Source: Iphione sp. A-MEVVRFRX5 (lineage: Eukaryota). From it: a stretch of 64,000 bases of DNA. This document shows, piece after piece, positions 53,176 through 64,000 of this stretch (positions are counted from its first letter, which is position 1; the number at the start of each line of letters is the position of its first letter). A model generated the notes under the pieces. The model ran no database searches. It was not told where the DNA came from and saw only the letters and a program-made list of their open reading frames with translations. The stretch covers positions 81,344,001 through 81,408,000 of the forward strand of contig OZ320315.1 of NCBI GenBank assembly GCA_976226885.1. The letters run 5' to 3'. The translations under genes and the position numbers were made by a program.

Positions 53176-54544
53176 GGCTTCAACTCTGAGGCAGGCGGAC
53201 TGTGTACCCGCAGTTTGTAACTATTCATATGCCTGCTGCAGACGTGCGATGGAACCAATACCAACTAGGTTTATGCCATACATAGTCAAGCGACCAGGTC
53301 CCGCCAGCGATGGTCCGTCCGACCCGATGCCAGTCACAGTTTGATGGAGCGGCCAGTAAGATATTAGACCAATGTCAATAACGTCATTACAAATTTCACC
53401 TTGGGGAATCGGTATAATAAGGACCCGCTTCCACTCCTATAGGATAATCCAAGGCCATGGGATGGCCTCTGTCATATGTAGGCCGATTGGACTGTCAGGC
53501 GATGCATAACCCAATTTTGCATGTACTCTGCTTATTTTGAATTCTCCATATGATTTGCAGGCCCCCCCGCCCGAAAAAAAGAAATAGGTCAGAAGCTTGT
53601 CACATGTGTCAATAGTTTATAACAGATGTTGTATTCCTCCACTTTGACTTCAAAGGAAGTTTCATAAACGTATAAATCACACTTCTACTGGTATCAGAGA
53701 AAATATGGAAATAAAATGCACGTTGTAATCACATTTTCTATTAGAATGATTAAATTAATATAGTTTGACGTACGTCTCTGCTTATGTATTTTGTCGTAAG
53801 TTGTTTCGTATAACCTCAGTCGCCAATTACGTCACTTTTAGTTGGATTTTCGTTGATTTCTCTTTCTGTCAGTAAATATGTATACAATGTATTTTGAGGC
53901 ATAGTTCTTAGACGTATAAATGTAGATTTTAGTGCCTTATATGGGTTACAGACAGGGGAAACTTTTTCTGAAAGGCTGTTCTTCAAATCGGAACTATTCT
54001 ACAAAGAGGGTTCATATACTGATTTTGCATTTTGGTTTGGGCTTGCTAAATGTTGCACACACTGTTATACACTGGAAAGGCACCGGTAGCCATTGATAGC
54101 TGATCTTCCGCCGGGGAGTGGTCATACTGAACGAGAGAGAGCCCCCGACGCACCAAAGAGAATGCACCCCATGACCTCGTTCGCTTGGGCAATTGGTGCA
54201 ATACAAACAAGAACATGGTCCTCTGGCACCAGTCGGTATTCTTCCAGAAGACCCCTTTCTTGAAACAGAAGCCCCCACCCCCCAGTTTCTCCTCTGATTG
54301 ATCAATATGACATGGTTCACTACAAGGAGAACTGGCATATTTCTTTGAGAGTAAAGGTTTCTTGTGCACATTAAAGAAACATGCAGGCAAAGCAGCACGC
54401 ATTTAGGTGGAATGAATGTTGCGCATGGAGAGATAGAACGTACTGGGGAAGAACCTAAGCCATAACAATGCATGCATGTGCAAATATCATTAATTGAACA
54501 CCGGCACGAGTAATCTTCTGTTTACTGTGACTGTATTAAGCTGT

Positions 54545-54574
54545 CTAACATAGCTTTATTTCCTCGTCTGACAG
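54545..54574 (+). promoter_or_regulatory. Candidate 3' splice site for the GPCR coding exon
   Basis: Branch-like CTAAC (54545-49), pyrimidine tract (CTTTATTTCCTCGTCT) and CAG ending at 54574. GC content rises immediately after, 200 nt before the ATG. Confidence 0.5.
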
Positions 54575-54774
54575 GGAATGTGCGTGCTTAGCCGACCTGT
54601 AAGCGGAGCGCTGCTGCAGCTGTATGTGCGCCCTTGCCCTGCGCGGATCGCCTGGTCGTATGGGTATCGGTGATGATTCTGAAGGCAACCCTCTGACTGA
54701 CGTCGCAGGTAGCGGGCGGACGGGCAGTCTCTCTCTGTGCGCCGCCTGTCGACCGCTGGGGAGGGGCAGTCGAC

Positions 54775-56133
54775 ATGGAGCACCTGATCTACGTGGTCAA
54801 CAGCACCGTCGTCTACGCAGCGGCGGCAGCTGTGCCGCTCCTACAGAAACTTGACACGACGGACGCCGTCCATTATGCCCAACAGACCCCGTACAGTCAC
54901 GCCACTGTGGAGGTGCGCAGTGAGACCGTCGTCGCCGCTGCCGTTGGAACTGGCAGCAGTGGTGGCGTGGAAGTCAGCGCCTCCTCCCACCGGCCCCCGG
55001 GGGTCGCCGGCAACGCCTCCGGTCTAAAGTTGATGCATAATGGGACCGACGTCGACAACTGGCGCCGCGACCCTGAACTGCGGGCGCTTGACTACTTGGT
55101 GCACTCGATGAACCTGTACTATATTCCTGTCTCCGTGGCATTTGGCCTTCTCGCCAATTTTGTCGCCTTTGTAGTGTTTCGCGTGAGTGACATCAGGCGG
55201 CTTCCAGTGACGCCCTACCTCTCCTGTCTGGCTGTGTCCGATATCGGCTTCATGTTCTCGTCACTGTTCATTTGGATGAAGGAGACGCACGCGCACGATG
55301 CCATCTGCACGCCCGGCATCTGCCAGATGATGCGATATATGCTTTTTCTGACCAATTTCCTGTCCATCTGGTATATCCTGTGCCTACAGGTGGACAGGTA
55401 CATAACCATGTGGCACCCCACGCGCGCTCCGGCACGGGACGACACGAAGCGTGCGCGCTGCGTGTGTACAGTACTCACCCTAGTTGCCATGGTGCTCTAT
55501 TCAATGGTGCTCTGGACGGTGGGCATCGAACGCACGCACGGTATCAACGCCAAGAAGGACTGTACCTTCTTGCCCAAGTACTCGCATCTGCTGAAGGTGT
55601 TCACCAAGGTCGACACGTTCATCAGCGCCGTCATGCCCTATTCCATGCTGCCCGTGCTCAATGCCCTCATCCTGACGCAGATCGCTATTCGCTGCGCCGC
55701 GCTGAAGCGGCACGCCAGCACGGCGGACGGCCGCGCCAACAACCTGGTGCGGCGACTGCGCTCGCAGATCAAACTGACCGCCTCTCTCTTGTGTATCACG
55801 CTGGTGGTTTGGGCGCTGAGCGTCACCTACCAGTGGGTACGCATTCAGGACTTCTTTAAGGACGACCCCCAGCAGAAGATGCCGCAGCGCCAAAAACTCA
55901 AGGAGCGGATCTACGAGTACCCCCACTACGCCGCCGTCGCCATCAAACTCATTCTCTACATCATCTTCAGCGGTACCTTTCGGGAGGGTGCGGCCGAATG
56001 CTGTGGTGGATGCACATGTGATTGTTCCGCCTGTAAGGAGGAGGAAGAAGAAGGGGAGGAGGACAATATATATGATGAATGTGAGGAGAATGCGCACCCT
56101 CCGCCCATCATTGAACACGTTAGTCAGGTATAA
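54775..56133 (+). CDS. Intronless class A (rhodopsin-like) GPCR, FMRFamide/peptide-receptor-like orphan, 452 aa
   Basis: Seven hydrophobic segments: TM1 GLLAN, TM2 YLSCLAVSD, Cys at top of TM3 plus ECL2 Cys, TM3 DRY, TM5 P...LN, TM7/H8 LY...GTFR. N-glycosylation sequons NST, NAS and NGT in the N-terminus. Strong GC3 bias. Confidence 0.93.
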   Translation: MEHLIYVVNSTVVYAAAAAVPLLQKLDTTDAVHYAQQTPYSHATVEVRSETVVAAAVGTGSSGGVEVSASSHRPPGVAGNASGLKLMHNGTDVDNWRRDPELRALDYLVHSMNLYYIPVSVAFGLLANFVAFVVFRVSDIRRLPVTPYLSCLAVSDIGFMFSSLFIWMKETHAHDAICTPGICQMMRYMLFLTNFLSIWYILCLQVDRYITMWHPTRAPARDDTKRARCVCTVLTLVAMVLYSMVLWTVGIERTHGINAKKDCTFLPKYSHLLKVFTKVDTFISAVMPYSMLPVLNALILTQIAIRCAALKRHASTADGRANNLVRRLRSQIKLTASLLCITLVVWALSVTYQWVRIQDFFKDDPQQKMPQRQKLKERIYEYPHYAAVAIKLILYIIFSGTFREGAAECCGGCTCDCSACKEEEEEGEEDNIYDECEENAHPPPIIEHVSQV

Positions 56134-58528
56134 CACAACCCTACCCTAGGGAGTTTATGCCAAAATTCAAATGTCATGAATTATCTGCTGGAATGTGTTT
56201 TTTTCTACCATCTGCAATGTCATCACAACTGTGGTACTACGAATAGGAAAAAACAACCGCTGAAACCAAAGCATTAGTAATACAAATCATGAAACCAAAG
56301 CAAACTGCGCGTCATTCCCCTATAGAGTGTATGTGTGTGGGGGAAATATCTTAATGAGGCATAGAGATTTGTAGAAAAACGTGTCAGTTCATCATTTCAC
56401 AGGCACTTACAACTGTTGTGCGAGTTAATGAAGGATGCAGTGTAATATTGCAGGGAAAATCGGAAAGAAACCAGCGTACACTTTTTATTGACGACCGAGG
56501 CCTTGACTGATTAGAAACCCACAGCAAATGGCAGGACTTTACCAGTCCGCAGAAAATCGTAATAGCCCACCCTTTTCTGGTTCCTTAGATGCTGCCATTA
56601 TCAGGCAATTACTTCGGTCTTAATGAAGATCTTGGAGCTTCTCTTTAAGTATGAAATGATGATTGTTATTTTCTATACTAAAAGTGCGCGATCCATGACT
56701 AATCCCTGTGAGCTAACGGTGGTATTTTGAGTGTAACAGTCCCGCAAAATGTATTCGTGCCGTAGGGGCAAATATATATTTTTGCACCTCAGATCAGAAA
56801 AAAAACTGACTAAATATAAAGAAAGCTAAGAATTACCCCCATCGATCATTCTGTGATCCCGACAGAGGGTACTCTTTTTAGCGTGTATGAAAAACCAGAG
56901 ATCAGAGCATGCCTGACATTTAAATGATACTTTTAGAAAGAACAGAGGTGTCATCGACATTATCTTAGCAGTAGTATTCAAAAGATTTCTAGTGCAGGTT
57001 TCCAATTCGATGGTGTTTTCATTAAGAACAAAAAAGACGCGCTTTTCCTTAAGACGGTGTCACATTAAGTCCTTGATGTCTTCTATAAAATGTTGAGTTG
57101 ATTATTCTCACGAAGTACTGTTAGCCGAACTGGTGTATCGGAGACTTGTAAGCTCGTGCGCTCTTGCTGATATTACATCGTTCTGTGTTCTTTGCAGGGA
57201 GAAACGGGCTTGTTTATGTCGTGTGGCCCTTTGAAGAATGAATTTTCGCACTGATGATTATCGTCGAATTCCATCGACAACGTCCTAAATGAACACCATG
57301 CAGCGGAATACATGACCGCTCCCATTAAATCGTGCTTCCTTAATAGCTTAATGAGTACAACTAAAATCAATACACGTTGCGAAAGACCGCTTAGTTCTGG
57401 TCAAAACCGATTACGGTTAGTCTAACAACATGAAACCAGCTGCGGTGTCAGGGGGGAAAAATTAGTAGGAAAAGTTCAGTCCGTTTTCCTTCGATGATTA
57501 TCACTGGGCACGGGTAACATCACACGTGTTCATCTCTTTGCTGCGTCAGTTTGTGTTAACCGACTAGATCGATCGACGTGGCAGCATTCGGAGGAAACAT
57601 CTGAAGAAATGTTTTTGTCCAATCATCTTTTGTGTATCCATCTAAATATTTTTCCGATTCATCTGTAGGGCAATTGAAAATTTGCATTAAAGCTTAAGGG
57701 GAAATGGAACATTTACAGCGATTCCACTTACATCTTCTGTGTCTTGTTTATCGTTGTGGAGAGAAGGAGAAGAACTGTTGTACAGACACAGATATCTCCA
57801 CTGTGGTTGGCGCAATATTCCTCAGGAAACTGCATCCATGTTATACAATGCACAACTTATAATACGCCATTGACATGGTATTACATTCCCTGTTGAAGTA
57901 ATTATTACTTATCTACGTTGTGTTTCAAGAGCAGGTGTTTGCTGAAAAAAAATATAACTTAAGGAAAGTTGTCGCGAGCTTGCAGAGGTTAATGAATAAT
58001 TGTGGAAAACAAGGTCTCTGCCGTTGCAATTAGTTAGTTTAGGAGACACACAATGCTGACGAAGTTAAACAATTATTTCCTCATGGCTACTAATCTTGTG
58101 ATGATGAGTCTCCAACTTATGTTTGTCATAATCCATGGGCTTTGTTAACGATTTCCTGCATTTACCGCTCTACCACGTGCTCTCAGACTGAATGGGGTTT
58201 TCCGAGAAATCTGACGTCACATTAGTGAAGTGTTTGGTATGAGCGTTTGCTCGAAATAGCTATCATTCTATTGCTATCATTGATTGCAGTTGTGTTAATA
58301 TTCTTCTTCAGTTCTCCAGTATACTAAGGAAGTACGTACATGTAGTTGATGGCGAGTTCTACATATATAGACAATCCAGGCTGATGTTTGTAGTTACTCC
58401 AGGAAAACTAAATAATAATACTCAAAATATTGTCCTCCAGTCACCATCTCAGAAATCGATGAATTCCCTGGCGAACAGCAGCTAGTTATAATTGATTGGT
58501 TGCATGCTTGCTTTTAGATTCAAACGGT

Positions 58529-58802
58529 AAAGGAACTATACATATGAATTACATTTATCTCATTTAATACCTAAACAAGGGCGTTTAAATGACAGGGATC
58601 TTGGTATGGGAACATTATGTTCACATTTACCATTCTGTGTACCATGGTAGTGAGATGGCTTGTTTTTGGATTCCAACCAAAAAGGAAATATATATGGTTC
58701 ACATTTATCTCATTTAATACCTAAGCAAGGGCGTTTAAAAGACAAGGATCTTGGTATGGGAACATTATGTTCAAATTTACCATTCTGTGTGCTATAGTAG
58801 TG
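58529..58802. repeat. Tandem duplication, 150-bp period (~1.8 copies)
   Basis: ACATTTATCTCATTTAATACCTAA...CATTCTGTGT...GTAGTG repeated at 58551 and 58701. Confidence 0.9.
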
Positions 58803-60850
58803 GGGTCGTATCGGTATTGTCTTGTTATGGATGTGTTCTGCAGACTCGCGCTACTGTAGGTTGACAAATTGCCTAACGTAGCCAAGGTTTCAGGTCTCTT
58901 TGACCTCTCGTTTCACTTTTAATTGACTACTTTCGTTTTGTGCCCGTGCCAAACATCAGTCTCTCCACTGGACGCGGCAAGCAACATGGCAGATTCTGCC
59001 ACCATTCGAGGCTTCCAGGGGTTTCTTCATTGTATGCACAAAATGGCAGAGAAAATACCCTTCCCTTTGGAGGTGTCAGTATTTTGTTTTATTGACACTC
59101 CATCTGTCATGAGGAGTAACAGCTACTTGCATAAAAGACTAGTAGCATTTTATTTCATACGACTTCATACAGTATATTTGGTAGGAAAGAGTGAAAATAT
59201 CCGCATCATGAGAAAACGTTGCTGTGATTGGCAAGCGCTAAGAACATCGCTTTCGTCGAGCGCCAAGCATCTTCTATTACCATGTTACATCCTATTTTCT
59301 AGCACGCATTCTTCATCATCGACAATCACTGGACATGATATGTGTTCCGTTTTATATATCCTCTTCCCTATTGGCGACAAGCCGAAAAAGAAGTAGAGTT
59401 ATCCTGTAGGTATTTATAAAAACTGTAAGTATATCAGGGTTATTGCATTGCGTGTATCTAGTGCTGTGCTGAAATGAACGATCCTGTACATAAGAATTAC
59501 GCGGTTTTCTATGACTAACTTGAATGAACCGTTGCAAACACGATATACTTGTTGATGGTAAGAATAGTGAATGTCCTATTCCATGCATGTCCATTTTCGT
59601 TGGTAGCTTTGTTACTTTGTTAAACTGAATGAAAGCCAGTGTGTATTTTCTACCTCTCGTGATGTTTATAGAGTTGGTGTACACCGGGCAGGATGTTCAT
59701 GTGCGTGTTAGTGTTTATCAATAAAATATTATTGTAAAAGGTTTTAAAAGATCAATAAGTGCAAGAACTTGTCTCATTTGTACCTAAATATCTCATATGG
59801 CATATAGCATAGACAGACAGCCAGGCATGATTACAAAGAGCCACCACTAGATTTTCGTTAAGCTTGAATCCTGGCGTCAGACCTGCCTTTGCTCCAAAAG
59901 ATATTCACTATCTTACCTCTAAGTCGTTGCCACCAGCCTGTAGGAAAATATTGAATACAATGCCACATTATCGAACTAACTGCCTAAAGTCTGTTTCTTT
60001 TTATATTAATATAAATAAGAATTTAGAGTAGTTTTCAGAGAAAGTTGAACGAAGATGTCTTTAGGACAATATACATTTCAATGGACTTCTTGCCATTATC
60101 TGTTGAGCTGCTCATTCAAGTCTGTGGAATAATGGTAGAGGCTAAGTTTACAAACCCATTTGGCTCGGTAAATATACATTGATACAATTATATGTGACAC
60201 GTAAGGACCGTTGCCAAATGTTATGTCCTATGATATACTGATCCTTTTGAGGAAGGAAGAGGGAATGCTATTTTTAAAGTGTCCTTTCGTGAACCAAAGA
60301 AGTAGTTTTAATCCATTTAACTCACTGTATGCGTCTGCAGAGACCTCTTGCGCCATATCACAGGGATGCCTTGCCCTTTTGGACATCAAGAACCTTACAG
60401 TGTTGTTTGAAGTTTTTCTAGCTGGCTGGTCGGGGCCTTTCTAAGAAAACACACTGCTTTACACTAAAACATTATAACTCTCGTAGAACAAGGAGCATTC
60501 ATGGATAAATATGTACGTCAAACTGAGTGGATGAAGACCGTGTAAAGAACCTAATACATCCTAGAAACACAAGGTGGTAACACATTTGGATAAAAAAGAA
60601 CATCCTCCCTAAAGGAAAAAGGCCCCTTACCCCGGCAGGGTATTCTGCCCCCTGATGCTCTAAATTGGACAAAAGTCAAATATAAAATGGACCACACTAC
60701 TGAGGGAGGTATTATCCCCAAATCAACAATTTTACCTGCAGGCGGATAACGGAAATAAGATATCCGGTTATAGTTATTCACTGCATATACATGCTCTTTT
60801 TTATTTCATTAATAAACTTCACACGCTGAAAGTAGGTCAGTGACAGCATA

Positions 60851-61071
60851 CTATAAAACTGGATATTTTCACAGGTTAAATTTTTGCCTAACCACAAGTC
60901 CTATTTCATAATTTTGTCATAATCATGCCATCATTGCAGTTTGTAAAACCTGTCAAATTATATGGCTTAACCTTTGCTCTTTACACTTCTAAATAGTAAT
61001 TTTTGTTCATGCAATTTTCCCTCAAGTAAATTACATAGACATGGAACTTGCGAAAATATGTACTTCCACAG
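60851..61071. mobile_element. Degraded Tc1/mariner-type MITE (~220 bp)
   Basis: TA|CTATAAAACTGGATATTTTCACAGG ... CTTGCGAAAATATGTACTTCCACAG|TA. Ends are imperfect inverted repeats (about 19/27 including TA). Confidence 0.4.
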
Positions 61072-62086
61072 TAATGGAAAGTACGGGTGTCAGGACATGC
61101 TTCCCAAGTTCTATTTATAGAAAATCTAGCAGAAAATTCATTCTCTGAATGCTACTGAGGATATGTGTCAGGAGTGCATAGTCTGAATAGTGATCAGTTT
61201 CAGTTTTTACTAACATAGCGATAAATAGGACCACCAGCAAAATATATTACAAGCATATTGATATGTAAATGTTTCTCTTACTAATTGGAATTTTCCGAGT
61301 GTGTACGCTACTCTTCAAAGAGCATAACTCTGTAATGTGGACGATTAAAGAATTTTATACATCTTCCCTAAGAAGAGAACTTAGTCTGAAAAGTTAAGCT
61401 AAGTCTGGGTATCTGTAACATTGCATGCAAAATAGAAACTAATAGTTTTGAATAACTATGTGCACTTTTTCTTACAGCATTATAACACCTCATGTCGCAC
61501 AAAATCTGAGCACCTATTCTATGATAAGTGAAATTCGTCCAGAATTTCTCGGTGAAAGATCCATACGTTTGTAACATAAAGCTAAGGAAACATATCACAT
61601 GTGATGCTCCATCCCAAACGAAAGGGAATAAAAAGTCTTTTCGCCTGCCATTCATTATATTGCCAAGCACTCTTAACCTAAACGTGATTAATCCTTTTGA
61701 GAAATACAAGAGGGACAGTGCTGTATTTTAGTGTTGATCACAATATTTTATCTGAACAAGTGCTGTGACCGAGGATGGCTGCATGTACAGAAATAGGTCA
61801 TATATAACACTCTTACATGTAAAACTATTCACTTACAGTTGAAAAATATATGTGCATCTACATAACAGCTGCATGCATATTTATGTGTATTTGTATAGAT
61901 ATACATGTATGCTATTGAAGCCATCTTTATACGTATAGTGATAAATTGCACGTGAATACCGGGGACAGAGAGAAAAGGAGAGAGTCAGGACGTACAAATA
62001 AAGACAGAGGACGAGGAAAGGAGGAGGGAGAAAGAAACCTAAGAACGAGAACTTGTAGTTGAAGACCGACTAAAAATAGAAAGAAA

Positions 62087-62103
62087 GAGAGATTGAGAGA
62101 GAG

Positions 62104-62157
<54 letters not shown>
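62087..62157. repeat. (GA)n microsatellite within a purine-rich tract
   Basis: GA repeat with two GATT interruptions, embedded in GA-rich sequence 61965-62220. Confidence 0.95.
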
Positions 62158-62162
<5 letters not shown>

Positions 62163-62382
62163 ACAGAGAGGGTGAGAAGAAGGGGAAGGTGGCGGGTAAG
62201 GAGGAAATGAGAGAAAAAAATAGACTGGGACAAATACACATCCCAGCCCTACATGTCATGCGAAAACCTAATCACGGGCAATTCCGCAATAAGTGTACCC
62301 ATCAGAAAGCGACGTTGTGAAAGTAGGCAGCGAAATTGATACACATCTGGAGATCAGGTAAAAATGTTCAGTCGACTAGTAC

Positions 62383-62847
62383 CTAAGGTGTGAAGAGCCT
62401 GTCAGTGGCAGCGCCATCTGCTGTTTCGGTCAGCTTTAGTGAGATAATGTCGCTTGGATCGCTGGTGTAGTTCTGGTTGGCAAACGAATTGCCCTCGTAG
62501 CTGACAAGATGGCGGAAGGGGTCGCGGCGATCGGCTTCTGCCCTGATATCAGCGGGTGCCCGCCGTACAAAGACATACCGGCAGCCACAGACGTGGACGA
62601 GGGAGGCAGTGATCAGCAGGCACAGCAGCAGAAGCAGCGACGGCCAGAACATGAGGTGAATGATCATGGTCGTCGTGGAGTTCCGCTTGCGGATCACTGA
62701 CATTGGTTCGGCCGGGTTGTACAGACAGTCCTCTAGCACAGCACCGGGCAGCATCAACTCCCGGCTCGTGTGATGCTCCTCCAGTTGTTCGCTGGTCGTC
62801 TCCGAGCCAGCGTATCGTGGATCGTAGCAGAAGATGTCATTCAAACA
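62383..62847 (-). CDS. Terminal coding exon of a membrane protein, BK-channel beta subunit (CaKB/KCNMB)/TipE-like
   Basis: Acceptor TTTTGCAG| ending at 62848, phase 0; 154 codons to TAG; coding-like GC3. Translation ...FCYDP...DCLYNPAEPMSVIRKRNSTTTMIIHLMFWPSLLLLLCLLITASLV... resembles the recalled KCNMB TM2 region (FSCYxDP...SVIL......LFHSLFWP), followed by a basic cytoplasmic RYVFVRR. The exon is well supported; the family assignment is ~0.55. Confidence 0.7.
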   Translation of the reverse strand, partial: CLNDIFCYDPRYAGSETTSEQLEEHHTSRELMLPGAVLEDCLYNPAEPMSVIRKRNSTTTMIIHLMFWPSLLLLLCLLITASLVHVCGCRYVFVRRAPADIRAEADRRDPFRHLVSYEGNSFANQNYTSDPSDIISLKLTETADGAATDRLFTP

Positions 62848-63351
62848 CTGCAAAATGAGACAGGTACAAACTTCACATGACACGTTCACAATTTGGTCGA
62901 ATAAAGGATTACATAATGTTAGTCTGTAGCATTTGCTCGTATGATTCTGCAGTTTTTCCGCATGGCCTGGTATTTCTACAGTGTATGCCCGACATTTACA
63001 AAATGGCGTGAATAGAATCTTTTACGTTTTTAATGTACAGATATATGAAAAAATAGATTCAATTGTCTGTTGGATGGTGCAATTTGTCAGAAAATAGAGA
63101 TTTTTGTCTTTTCCACAAATACCTCTCTTAACCCCCAAACCCCTCGCAGTTGCAGGATATGAACCAGTAGTTGCACAGAAAAATGAGAAGAGAATCCTAA
63201 ACAATTTTGAATAAAATTTGTAATGATTGGTGTGAACCTGCCAACTCTGGGTGGATAATACCCCCGTCTTGCACACATTTAAATATCTTGAATCACAAAC
63301 AAAATTAGAATATTTCGGAATATAAAGTTATTAATACTGTACAATAGTTGA

Positions 63352-63681
63352 GGCCAAAAAAATAGGTGTGTTTCTGGTAACGACCAGCCAAAAACCTAGG
63401 TAAGGAGGGGGTATCTTTTAATTTTTTTTCACTTTCTTCCTCTGGTTCTCAATGATAGTAAAGACAATAAGAAAACGTTTGATCCATTTACAGTACTTTG
63501 CTGAATTTCCATGGATTTTGTTGTTTTTCTATTGAATTTACCAAAAACATATGCTGTGAAAACATGTATCCATGGAAATTCAGCCTCAGAAACTCTTTAG
63601 AGCCAAAAAAATGTTTAGGTAGGGTGAGGTATTCTAGGTAGGGGTGGGTTACCAGAAACACACCTATTTTTTGTTTTGGCC
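63352..63681. mobile_element. PIF/Harbinger-type MITE (330 bp)
   Basis: TIRs GGCC-A(n)-TAGGTGTGTTTCTGGTAAC (25-bp perfect core; the right copy has 4 extra nt in the A tract), with a 3-bp TSD TGA at 63349-51 and 63682-84. Confidence 0.8.
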
Positions 63682-64000
63682 TGATGTACCACTGGACATG
63701 TTAGGTGCTGGTTTGCAAATTCTACCGCATGTTATCTTCTAGCATTTATATGTATATATATTGTGTTGAAGGAAGACACCGAAAGCAGAAATGGAGTTGA
63801 TAAATAATTAAGACTCTTTAATACATAAGCAAGAGCAAAAAAAATTCAAGCGAATGACAGTTGATATAATAGAATGCGTCATGACGTTTCTCCTTGGTTA
63901 TTGATGCTTAACCATGGAGATCAATAAATGTATATTAACAAATACATTATTCATATGGTATATGTATATGATTTAACATGAAAGACCACCAACCATTTCT

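Noticed and set aside
55272-56136. 195-aa (+) and 211-aa (-) ORFs overlapping the GPCR
   Set aside because: Shadow frames expected from high-GC3 coding sequence; no independent motifs.
1-64000. rRNA, tRNA, snRNA genes, CRISPR arrays, telomeric repeats, viral ORFs
   Set aside because: None recognised by eye on either strand; tRNAscan-SE/Infernal and a viral protein search would be needed to exclude them formally.

Overview
This is eukaryotic genomic DNA, inferred to be from an invertebrate animal (intronless rhodopsin-type GPCR, CR1/L2-type LINEs, (GA)n microsatellites); the species cannot be determined from the window. There are only two host-gene segments. One is a single-exon class A peptide-receptor-like GPCR CDS (54775-56133, +). 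The other is the terminal coding exon of a minus-strand membrane protein resembling BK-channel beta (KCNMB/CaKB)/TipE proteins (62383-62847), whose upstream exons are probably beyond the window. The rest is mostly transposon-derived: two long APE-RT LINEs arranged head-to-head (42.8-46.6 kb minus; 46.9-50.2 kb plus), several MITEs, a fossil pogo-like transposase, many decayed LINE fragments, two-copy tandem duplications and microsatellites. The most unusual object is a ~4 kb, strongly CpG-depleted DIRS-like element (13.3-17.3 kb). It is bounded by inverted repeats with a perfect 28-bp core; its gag-like ORF and tyrosine-recombinase remnant point away from each other, and RT/RNase H are essentially absent. 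All protein-family assignments come from motif recall and manual translation, not database searches.
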